DNA of 27,528 nt, from positions 1-27,528 of the forward strand of contig JAYENL010000220.1 of the NCBI GenBank assembly GCA_034722055.1. Reading direction: 5' to 3'. Of this stretch, positions 10,301 through 17,559 are shown piece after piece. The stretch comes from Armatimonadota bacterium. GTDB taxonomy: Bacteria; Armatimonadota; Zipacnadia; Zipacnadales; UBA5352. The notes beneath the pieces were generated by a model that saw only the letters and a list, made by a program, of their open reading frames with translations, did not search any database and was not told where the DNA came from. A program made the position numbers and the translations under genes. The first letter of the stretch is position 1, and each line of letters opens with the position of its first letter.

Positions 10301-11279
10301 CCAGAAGCTGGCGGAGTACGACGAATCGCTCGATTGGGCCGCCATCGCCCGCGGCGTGACCGTCAGCGGCATGTGTCAGCAGTACACCGACCCAGAGCAC
10401 CAGGCCCTGTGGCCCGACAGCATCAGCGCCATCGACAGGAGCGACTCCGGCGCGAACTTCTCGCCACGGCACATCCTGCAGAACACCTACAGGCTGATGG
10501 GACTGCGGCCCACGCCCGTGACCGCTGCGGCCGACACCGACGAGGGCCGGATCCTGGTCACGGCCGCGGCGGAGCTCGGGCCGGCGGAGATGCGCGCAGG
10601 CAGCCTGCACTGCGAGGTGACCTATCCGCCGCCCACGGTCGGCTACGTGATTGCGTGCAACATCTCGCGGCCGGAGGCGGTTCTGGTCGATGGGCGGCCC
10701 GCGGCGGAGGTGGACAGCCCCTCGGAGGCCGAGCCGCCATGCTGGCGGTACCTGCAGGATGCGGCGCTGGTGGAGCTGCGGCTGGCGGAGTCGGGGACCC
10801 ATCAGCTCGAGATGCACGGCGCCTCCTACCGCCCCTGCAGCCTGAGCCCGGAGGCGGCGGAGGCGCTGGGGTTCGAGTTCGAGGCGGATGCTGAGGGCTG
10901 GCGGCCCACGCATGACCTCAGCGCCCTGGAGGTGGCCGGCGGCGTGCTGCAGACCACCACGACCGGCAGCGATCCCTACATGGTGCGCTCCAACTGCAGC
11001 ATCAGGGCCGATGAGGTCAGCCGGGTGCGCGTCCGCATGGCCCTGCAGCCGGGGCTGGGCGGGGGCGCGCAGCTCTTCTGGACCACCGCCGACGATCCCA
11101 CCATGGATGAGCCGAAGTCGCGGAGGTTCACGGCCGTGGCCGACGGGCAGTTCCACGAGCTGGTGGTGGAGGTCGGCGACCACGAGCGATGGCGGGGGAC
11201 CATCACCAGCGTGCGCCTCGATCCCACCGGCGGCGAGCCGCTGGGGTGGGTGAAGATCGACTACATCCGCGGCGAGTAG
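7314..11279 (+). CDS. Secreted multidomain protein (~1321 aa): CBM4/9-like N-terminal domain, two CARDB/NEW3-type Ig domains, beta-sandwich, (alpha/alpha)6 six-hairpin-glycosidase-like barrel, C-terminal galactose-binding-like domain
   Basis: Start moved to ATG 7314 (GAGGTG RBS at 7302-7307), giving a signal peptide MRAAACSLALTLALLPCLA followed by NPITNGGFE. Ig-like motifs: LKNAGD..LPAGL..LAPEET and VRNDG. Helical-barrel motifs: QGDDGSW, ARMTGDPRA, YLVTGDEHYLDRA. C-terminal motif: DPYM..AQLFWTT..VRLDP. Confidence 0.8.
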   Translation: MRAAACSLALTLALLPCLAADNPITNGGFETLDEEGRPVDWQLLGDVSVTDEAHSGDHAALLQRDSAEGLCGLNRVWEPGSGEQGTMLSELTGGVRFWYKAEAASDPDGLVFYVIPMSDEPLEMGGMRAGFTIPPQHVGDGQWHEGALAYDYSDDEGVRWVHISPRLRGEHARLLLDDIRWVEHVGPVPAIEALEIREVEGREGDRCTVEARLKNAGDRPVEAGTAVIELPAGLSVAGEVRRAVESLAPEETASLEWTVAGRRDEQGRILVSFAAGDHTATRALDYSPGVEILGLMVRRSVLYVGQATNVTLTVRNDGHAVVRNLAADLQSGAALAMGEGARRQTLALLRPQAEAMMTWRVRAEAQTPQARLQAAVRAENAEGGRAASALVVGPQMPAVATVPDGPTVTVGADLAVIGNDRLRAVFPRAEFGLGIGAIQRSAPDGWQTVTMLPRVTRLVVDGAEDAPILVYADDARELPDDELPEGARCGLELSAQVADARGANWRVAETVALREGPDCFWLQVTASPDRSAEVLALDGPILLVGEGAPEGTRRLDAIFPGLEWLVAGERSSSSLDIAPEHPHRIRYVPHPHMVTIPMMCARLDVPNGRDATVSYSWDHLRPYAGEMNRPSAMFASPDRFAGRQCTTMGIFAPSMPEHIDMNQRVAHTPLALEAGDEIELAAEVTVLDSEEGETALEAVRDWFGRHGAAEPNPLPHGEDLVDEVEFNMAAYLRSLWNEEQQKWHPSFFGPASWREPRWMPTFLYDMRMGMALAQDSATVERVRRRYERVVELSGLRPVAEDMGFHFAGPASRVLGESDAVAGLIQRQGDDGSWRFHAYVATSGVFKGRDYGELGPDNAAEVGTCARKAWQVLRFARMTGDPRAREAGLRALAFMERFQVPRAAQVWEVPVHTPDILASADACEAYLEGYLVTGDEHYLDRAVYWAWTGLPFLYVWDVEGFEFLKYASIPVFGATWFQGSWFGRPVQWNGLRYAYAVQKLAEYDESLDWAAIARGVTVSGMCQQYTDPEHQALWPDSISAIDRSDSGANFSPRHILQNTYRLMGLRPTPVTAAADTDEGRILVTAAAELGPAEMRAGSLHCEVTYPPPTVGYVIACNISRPEAVLVDGRPAAEVDSPSEAEPPCWRYLQDAALVELRLAESGTHQLEMHGASYRPCSLSPEAAEALGFEFEADAEGWRPTHDLSALEVAGGVLQTTTTGSDPYMVRSNCSIRADEVSRVRVRMALQPGLGGGAQLFWTTADDPTMDEPKSRRFTAVADGQFHELVVEVGDHERWRGTITSVRLDPTGGEPLGWVKIDYIRGE

Positions 11280-11282
11280 GGG

Positions 11283-13226
11283 TCAGAACGAGAAGATGAC
11301 GTGGCCGCGCACGCCGGCGATGATGTCCACCACCGCCCACAGGCCGGCGCTGAGGAACTCGCCGAAGATCAGCCCCAGGAAGCCCGGCAGCAGCCGCCGG
11401 TAGACGCGATGGCCGCCGAAACGCACCACTGCGCTCTTGATCAGCCAGCCGATGAGGATGGGGAACCAGAAGTTGATCATCGGCCAGGAGGCGCCCATCA
11501 GGTAGCCGATGGGGTGCAGCGGCCACCACAGGTAGGTGCGGTGCAGCGATACCAGCACCCACATCGACGCGGCGCCGACGGCGATCCTCGCGAAGGCCCA
11601 TGGCTGCGGCGGCTCCCCGCTGACGATCAGGTGGTTCGTCCAGGTGCAGTAGAGGTTCCGGGTGTAGTAGCTGGTGAACCACGTGTTCAGCGCTGTGCCG
11701 CCGTGGACGTACATCAGCCGCAGGTAGACCACGTACGAGACTACGATGGCGAGCCCCACGGCCGCCGCCAGCGCCCTGAAGAGCCCCCGGCGGTCGATCC
11801 CGCCATCCTCGGCGATGCGCATGCTCTGCATCAGCGACGGCATCAGCGGGCTGCGGTTATCGAGCATCAGCAGGTGGTCCAGCAGGGCCGTGATGGCGAT
11901 GGTAGGGCGGCTCAGGCCGCCGGTGCCCACTGCGGCCAGCATGATGTTCAGCGGCCGGTAGGGGTGCTGCACGTAGAGCATCCCGCCCTCGCAGACCAGC
12001 CGCACCGCGATGACGTGCATTGCGAAGTAGAGCAGGAAGAGCACGAGCATCGCCGCGGCGCTGGCCCCGGCGGAGACTCCCCAGGCCACGATCAGCGCCA
12101 GTCCGCCGAACGCTCCCCACACGGCGGTGGCGTAGGCCAGCGGCTCTCGGCGATCCTCCCTCGTGGAGCGCGACCCTCCCGCCAGCGTGCGCCGGGCCTC
12201 GGCCCACACCTGCCCCAAACGCTCCCTCGCCGCCAGCATCCCCAGGACGAGGTAGCACAGGATTCCCCCTGCCATCTGGTGGGCCACGAAGCCGCGGACG
12301 GGATAGGCCTGCACCGAGGGCATGGGCGCGCCCAGGGCCTCGCCGATGACCTGCTGGCCCAGAAAAAGGGAGTAGAACAGCCAAAGGCTGAAGGACAGCT
12401 CGGCGGGGAGGATGAAGGCCAGGCCGATGATGCTGAACAGGATCCGCAGCCGCAGCGGCCTGATCGCCGTCCAGGGCCGCTCGGTGATAGCCGGGTCCAG
12501 CGAGATCTGATGGACGTTGATCGTCGGGATGGCAGGGATGTAGAAGTGCAGGCCGTTGATGGTGTGAATCGCAAAGGGCACGGCGAAGAACGCCCACATG
12601 ATGCGGCTGGTGAAGAGCGTGGGGATCAGCGACGCACCGGACTCGTACTCCGCCATCTTCACGGGAAGCTGGATGAGCGGGAAGACCAGCTTCTCATCAT
12701 CGACCCAGCGGCGGCGGAGGATGGCGGTGAGGCAGAAGAAAACCGCGTAGACTCCCGCCGCCAGCACAGTCCACGCCAGCAGCGGCACGCCCCAGGCGCC
12801 CCACGGGATGGCGGCGCCGGGCCGCAGGCCCTCGTACAGCGCCTCCACCGGCTCACCCGACGGCGGGTGCAGCCACTCGGGAAGCAGGGGCCACAAAGTC
12901 TCGGCCCACTCGTTCTCCTCGGTTGCGAAGTAGAATGGTCCGGCCATGTAGGGGATCAGGAGGCCGGTGAGGCCGAAGCTGGGGATGCCGGCGGCCACCA
13001 GCATCATGCTGTAGACCACCAGCAGCTCGGCGGTGGTGAGGCCGACGCCCATCGCCCGCGGGATGACGTTGAGCGCGCCTGCGAGCACCACCAGGACGAA
13101 GAAGGCGCTGATGGGGAAGCTGGTGAGCCCCAGCCACGTGCCCTGCACCACCAGGTCGGCGTAGGGAGTGGCGACGGCGATGAGTAGAACGCAGATGATC
13201 CCGACGCTGAGCGCGCGATGCGTCAT
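11283..13226 (-). CDS. DUF6785/DUF6784 family polytopic membrane protein (OPT-like putative transporter), ~647 aa
   Basis: Start moved to ATG 13226 (GAGG about 7 nt upstream); the upstream ORF extension looks non-coding. Many hydrophobic TM segments. Family-type motifs: ELLVVYSMMLVA, IPWGAW..P, LRRRWVDDEKLVFPLIQLP, LSFSLW, RLVCEGG, WWPLHPIGY, GWLIKSAVVRFGG..YRR..P.FLGLIFGE. Confidence 0.85.
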   Translation of the reverse strand: MTHRALSVGIICVLLIAVATPYADLVVQGTWLGLTSFPISAFFVLVVLAGALNVIPRAMGVGLTTAELLVVYSMMLVAAGIPSFGLTGLLIPYMAGPFYFATEENEWAETLWPLLPEWLHPPSGEPVEALYEGLRPGAAIPWGAWGVPLLAWTVLAAGVYAVFFCLTAILRRRWVDDEKLVFPLIQLPVKMAEYESGASLIPTLFTSRIMWAFFAVPFAIHTINGLHFYIPAIPTINVHQISLDPAITERPWTAIRPLRLRILFSIIGLAFILPAELSFSLWLFYSLFLGQQVIGEALGAPMPSVQAYPVRGFVAHQMAGGILCYLVLGMLAARERLGQVWAEARRTLAGGSRSTREDRREPLAYATAVWGAFGGLALIVAWGVSAGASAAAMLVLFLLYFAMHVIAVRLVCEGGMLYVQHPYRPLNIMLAAVGTGGLSRPTIAITALLDHLLMLDNRSPLMPSLMQSMRIAEDGGIDRRGLFRALAAAVGLAIVVSYVVYLRLMYVHGGTALNTWFTSYYTRNLYCTWTNHLIVSGEPPQPWAFARIAVGAASMWVLVSLHRTYLWWPLHPIGYLMGASWPMINFWFPILIGWLIKSAVVRFGGHRVYRRLLPGFLGLIFGEFLSAGLWAVVDIIAGVRGHVIFSF

Positions 13227-13334
13227 GGCTCGCCTCGGCGTGGCGCCAGTGGGCTCTATGTGTACCGACGACGCCGTTTCCCCAGACCGACCCCTCGGCA
13301 CCTCCGTGGCCCAGGCTTTGAGCCGGCCGGCTGG

Positions 13335-13723
13335 TTGCAGGGACGTTCGCGGGCAGAACGCCTGAGACCGCATCTCTCGAGCGAGCCCTGCAAGCTGGCT
13401 CGCGTTGCCAGCCTTCGCGCACTCCTGCCCGTGGTGCGGAGGCCCTCCTCCGCACGCCGTTTGCCGTTCTCGGTGAGATCGCTTGCGATCTCCGGAAGCC
13501 CGACCTGCGCGAAAGATGGAGACAACGGCGGGCCGGGACGGAGACCGGCCCCTGCAAACGGAACGACAGACCACGTCGTTCCGTGGCACGGACACTCCTG
13601 TCCGCGCGCCCTTGCGGCGCGCGCCTGAGAACGGTCACACGACGACACCCGGGCGGGCAAGGAGGCCCGCGCCTCCTGGCGGCTGGGCCACAGCCGCCAT
13701 TTGCCGTCAGGTCAACGCCCGGG
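13335..13723. ncRNA. Candidate structured non-coding element (cis-regulatory RNA, ncRNA or palindromic-repeat cluster) in the divergent intergenic region; class not identified
   Basis: Nine 6-10 bp perfect hairpins, most nested inside three long-range closing stems (coordinates in findings). No match recognised to tmRNA, RNase P, SRP or common riboswitch consensus motifs. Confidence 0.5.
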
Positions 13724-13836
13724 AGACCGCTTGCCTGCTCAGGAAGGCCACAGACGGTGCGGCGTGGAAGGGCCCGGCGGTGTGCAGGCGCCACCCTGTC
13801 GTGAGATCATCAGCCTGGTCGGGCTGGGAGCCCGGC

Positions 13837-13895
13837 CTACGCTGGGAATGCTACGCGCGCGAATGCTATGCATGGAAGTGCTACGCGCGGAAGTC
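13837..13895 (+). repeat. Four imperfect ~15-bp tandem direct repeats just before the RBS of the 13912 gene
   Basis: CTACGCTGGGAATG / CTACGCGCGCGAATG / CTATGCATGGAAGTG / CTACGCGCGGAAGTC, followed by the RBS AGGAGG at 13899-13904. Confidence 0.8.
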
Positions 13896-13911
13896 CTCAG
13901 GAGGTCTTGCG

Positions 13912-16900
13912 ATGCGCTCCTCCAGGGTACTGCTGAGTCTCATCGCGGTCGTCGCAGCCTTCATCACCGTGGCCGGCGGGCCGGCCGCGGCGTACGAGAT
14001 GAGTGAGCCGTTCTACACGCTCACCGAGGAGTACGTCTCGCCGCACATCCCGTGGGCGAAGCCCTATGCAGGCGGGAAGATCAGGGCGCTCTTCGTGGTG
14101 CCGCGGGGGACGGCGCGCGAGGTGATTGAGGTCGCCGAGCGGCTGAGCATGGACTACGAGGTGGTCCTGACTCTCTCGGATACGGAGCTTGGCTGGACCT
14201 CCGCCTCCAGTCACTACGCGCTGGCCGAGGGCATCTCCCAAGAGGACATGATCACTCAGCTTCAGGAGAAGCTCTCCCGGGACTACGACGTCATCGTCAC
14301 CGGGCACCTGGACTGGGACATGTTCCCGCTGGAGCTGCTCTACCAGATGATGGAGAAGGTCCACGACGGCACCGGCCTGGTGCACTCCTACAGCGCCTTC
14401 GGCCGCAGCGACATCATGGACCGGGTCTTCGCCAAGCCGAGAATCGAGGCGCCGTTCGTGAGCGCGGGCGTGCCGTGGCAGGCGCTGCCCGTCTGGCGCG
14501 ACCTCGGCATCGAGACGGTGCTGGAGACGCGGCAGTTCCACGAGGGCCGCATGGCGCTGCTCAACCACGGTTCGACGCTGCCGCGCTTCATGTTCCTCAC
14601 GCCGAAGCCCGACGACACCGACTGGTCCTACCGCGAGCTGCATTATGAGTACTACCAGTCCCTGGCGATCAAGGCCATGCTCTGGGCGGCGAGGCGGGAG
14701 CCGCAGACGCTGATCGCGTCCATCGGCGTGGGCGGTCGGACCGTGGCGCGGTCAGACCTGCCGCAGACGCGGCTGACTGCACTGCTGTCGGGACCAACCG
14801 ACGGGCTGACGGCGCACCTCACGCTCCAGGACGAGGACAAGCGGCAGTACGCCGCCCAGCAGCAGCCTGTCACAGGCTCGGAGGTCAGCTTCGCGCTGCC
14901 GACCGTCCCTGCGGGCAGCTACTTCGCGGACCTGTCGCTGCGCAGCGACGACGGGGTCGTGAACTGGGGCTCGGTTGCCTTCACGGTCACGTCGGTGCCG
15001 TCGATACAGTCGGTGACGCTGGAGAATGCCCACGCTCAGCCGGGCGATACGGTCACGGCGCAGATCGCGCTGGGAGGTGCGCGGGTGCCGGCGGGCAGCG
15101 GCCTCACCGTCGAGGTGACTGACAACCTCGGCCGCGTCATCGCGCGCAAGTACCGGTCGCTTGGCGCGGGCATGGCCGAGGTGCAGGTGCCCTTCCGGGT
15201 GAGCAACCCCATTGCGCTGAGCGCGGACGTGCAGGTGAGCCTGCAGGTCGATGGTGAGACCATCGATCGTGACACCACATGGCTCTACACGCCGCTGCAG
15301 CGCACCCGTGGGACCTTCGCTCACGCGGTGTGGAGCGCGGTGCCCAACGGCAATGAGTTCGTGCGGCGGCTCATGTACCGGCAGCTCCACGAGTGCGGCG
15401 TGGACATGATGACCAACTCGCCCAGGGACGCGGAGCTTCAGTCGTGGGCGGCGCGCAGCAACTTCGACACGATCCCCTACTCCACGCGCTATCACTACTC
15501 GGGGGATGACCTGGTGCGCAAGCCCTGCCTGACCGATCCGGACTACCTCTCCGAGGAGCTGGGCAGGCTGGAGGAGCTGGGTGCCAGCCTGGGGCCCTAC
15601 AAGCCGCGCGCCTACACGCTCGGCGACGAGTGCTTTCTGGCGCGTGGGGGCACCGACGTGTGCTTCTCGGAGACCTGCGTGGCGGACCTGCGCCAGTGGC
15701 TGCGCGATGAGTACGACTCGGTGGATGCGCTCAACGACTCCTGGGGCACGGATTACGGCAGCTTCGAGGAGGCCGAGCCCATCACGCTGGCGGACGCCCG
15801 GGAGGCCGATCAGCCGGCGCGGTGGGTGGATCACCGCCGGCACATGGAGTTCGTCTACGCCCGGATGATGGCCCGGGCGCGGGAGGCCATCCGCAGGGGC
15901 GATCCCGGCGCCGAGGTGGGCTTCGACGGCCCCTTCGCGACCACCAGCTTCTCGGGCAACGACTGGTGGCGGCTGATGAGCGTGTTCGACATCTGCAACC
16001 TCTACGAGCGCCCGGAGGAGTGGGAGGCGGTTCGCTCCTTCGCGGATGAGGACGACCTGCTCGGCGTGTGGTACGGCGGCTACTTCCAGTATCGCACCGA
16101 GGACTCCGAGCGGCTGTGGCCGTGGCGCGCGCTGCTTAACGGCTTCAACAGCATGTGGTGGTACGCCGTCTACCACGGCCTGACCACCTGCCCCATGGAC
16201 GCAGTGACCCCCAGCATGACCATCTACGACCCATTCCGCTGGGCAAGCGAGGAGATCGCCGAACTCAAGCGCGGTCCCGCCAAGGCGCTGATGGAGGCCC
16301 AGCGGCTGCACGACGGCATCGCGGTGCACTACTCGCAGTCCTCGGTGCACGCCGCCACGTGGGACCCCACCTGGGGCGCGCTGGACAGCATCTGGCGGCA
16401 GACCTACCGGCTCCTGGAGGACATGGGGCTGCAGTACGACTGCTACGCCTACGCCCAGCTTGAGGAGCAGGGGCTTAGCCCGGAGGAGTATCCGGTCTTC
16501 CTGATGCCCTGCTCGCGCGCGATTTCCGAGACCGAGGCGCAGGCGATCCGCGAGTACGTCAACGCGGGCGGGACGGTCATCGCGGACGTGGAGCCGGCGG
16601 TGTGCGATCACCACGGCAGGCCGGTCACCCCGGGGCTGCTGGACGACCTTTTCGGCATCGAGCGCATCGATGGAGGCGGGCAGGTCACCGGCGCGACCGG
16701 CCTCATTGACGGCATGTTCGCCGACGAGGTGGAGCTGCCGGGCCTGGACGTTGACGGCAACGTGCGCGCCGACGGTGCCGAGGCGCTGGGGCACGCCGGC
16801 GAGGTGCCGCTGCTGCTGGTGAAGGAGACCGGCCAGGGTCGGACGGTGCTGCTCAACTACGGCTTCCCGGCCGCGGATCGTGCCCGGCTGGAGCCTGAGG

Positions 16901-17529
16901 CCTTGGACCACTGGCGGGTTCTGCGGGGCCTTCTCGCTATGGCGGGAGTGCAGCCGAGGGTCTCCGTGACCCTGAACGGAGAGCCGCTGCGGGCACTGGA
17001 GACGGTGCGCTACGCCGACGGGCCGGTGCACTACCTGGGCTTCATCAAGTATCGCACCGACGCCGAGGAGCAGAGCGCCGTCGGAGAGATCGCGACCGGG
17101 GAGGCCATGCACACCTGGGACGTGCGCACCGGAGAGTACCTCGGCGAGGTGGCCCGCTGGGAGAGCGAGTTCGTGCCCTCGCGCGGCAAGCTGTTCGCGC
17201 GGCTGCCCTATCGGGTCGAGGGGCTGACGCTGAATGTGCAGCGCGGGGCGGTGGCGGGCAACGAGCGGGAGACGCTGTGGGTCATCGCGTGTCCGATGCG
17301 ACTGCTCGCCGACACGGACGCGCCCGGCCGGCACTGGGTGCACGTGACGGTCATCGGACCGGACGGGCAGGAGCGCAGGCACTACGCCCGCAACGTGCCG
17401 CTGACGGACGGGGCGGGTGTGACCTACCTGCCGATGGCGCTCAATGACCCGCCTGGGACCTGGACGGTGCAGGCCCGGGACGTCATCAGCGGCCAGACCG
17501 CCCGCGCGACGTTTGAGTTGCCGCAGTGA
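13912..17529 (+). CDS. Large secreted GH42-like (beta-galactosidase-like) multidomain protein, ~1205 aa; paralogue of 19787-23422
   Basis: ATG 13912 follows AGGAGG and begins a signal peptide. N-terminal SPHIPWAKPY and GATase-like (YDVIV..DGTGLV) region, then Ig-like domains. GH42-type motif CFSETC..LRQWLRDEYDSVDALNDSWGT. Trimerisation-domain motif IREYVNAGGTVIAD. C-terminal Ig motif ALNDPPGTWTVQARDV. Confidence 0.85.
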   Translation: MRSSRVLLSLIAVVAAFITVAGGPAAAYEMSEPFYTLTEEYVSPHIPWAKPYAGGKIRALFVVPRGTAREVIEVAERLSMDYEVVLTLSDTELGWTSASSHYALAEGISQEDMITQLQEKLSRDYDVIVTGHLDWDMFPLELLYQMMEKVHDGTGLVHSYSAFGRSDIMDRVFAKPRIEAPFVSAGVPWQALPVWRDLGIETVLETRQFHEGRMALLNHGSTLPRFMFLTPKPDDTDWSYRELHYEYYQSLAIKAMLWAARREPQTLIASIGVGGRTVARSDLPQTRLTALLSGPTDGLTAHLTLQDEDKRQYAAQQQPVTGSEVSFALPTVPAGSYFADLSLRSDDGVVNWGSVAFTVTSVPSIQSVTLENAHAQPGDTVTAQIALGGARVPAGSGLTVEVTDNLGRVIARKYRSLGAGMAEVQVPFRVSNPIALSADVQVSLQVDGETIDRDTTWLYTPLQRTRGTFAHAVWSAVPNGNEFVRRLMYRQLHECGVDMMTNSPRDAELQSWAARSNFDTIPYSTRYHYSGDDLVRKPCLTDPDYLSEELGRLEELGASLGPYKPRAYTLGDECFLARGGTDVCFSETCVADLRQWLRDEYDSVDALNDSWGTDYGSFEEAEPITLADAREADQPARWVDHRRHMEFVYARMMARAREAIRRGDPGAEVGFDGPFATTSFSGNDWWRLMSVFDICNLYERPEEWEAVRSFADEDDLLGVWYGGYFQYRTEDSERLWPWRALLNGFNSMWWYAVYHGLTTCPMDAVTPSMTIYDPFRWASEEIAELKRGPAKALMEAQRLHDGIAVHYSQSSVHAATWDPTWGALDSIWRQTYRLLEDMGLQYDCYAYAQLEEQGLSPEEYPVFLMPCSRAISETEAQAIREYVNAGGTVIADVEPAVCDHHGRPVTPGLLDDLFGIERIDGGGQVTGATGLIDGMFADEVELPGLDVDGNVRADGAEALGHAGEVPLLLVKETGQGRTVLLNYGFPAADRARLEPEALDHWRVLRGLLAMAGVQPRVSVTLNGEPLRALETVRYADGPVHYLGFIKYRTDAEEQSAVGEIATGEAMHTWDVRTGEYLGEVARWESEFVPSRGKLFARLPYRVEGLTLNVQRGAVAGNERETLWVIACPMRLLADTDAPGRHWVHVTVIGPDGQERRHYARNVPLTDGAGVTYLPMALNDPPGTWTVQARDVISGQTARATFELPQ

Positions 17530-17559
17530 CATGAAGCGGCCTGTAAGGGAGAGTGCGCC

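Noticed and set aside
13350..13500. Glycine riboswitch resemblance on the minus strand (GGAG..GAAG..GCAA..TCTCAGG; GGAGA..CACCGAG)
   Set aside because: The canonical GGAGAG-P2-CCGAAG...CTCTCAGG arrangement is incomplete (no P2 in one, no CCGAAG match). It cannot be called without cmscan.
13688..13715. Sigma70 promoter for the DUF6785 gene (TTGACC on the minus strand)
   Set aside because: There is no plausible -10 hexamer at 16-18 bp spacing.
13335..13800. RNase P, tmRNA, SRP, TPP or cobalamin riboswitch as the identity of the structured segment
   Set aside because: Diagnostic motifs were not found: GAGGAAAGTCC, a tRNA-like T-loop/CCA end, CAGGTCCGGAAGGAAGCAG, CTGAGA with ACCTGA, and the B12 box with an upstream GGGAA. 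Only fragments such as CTGAGA or GGAGACC occur.
13227..13911. N-terminal extensions of the flanking ORFs (track starts 13595 and 13483) and small ORFs in this interval
   Set aside because: The translations are Arg/Pro/Gly-rich and the two extensions overlap each other. Downstream ATGs have an RBS and begin with a signal peptide or TM segment.
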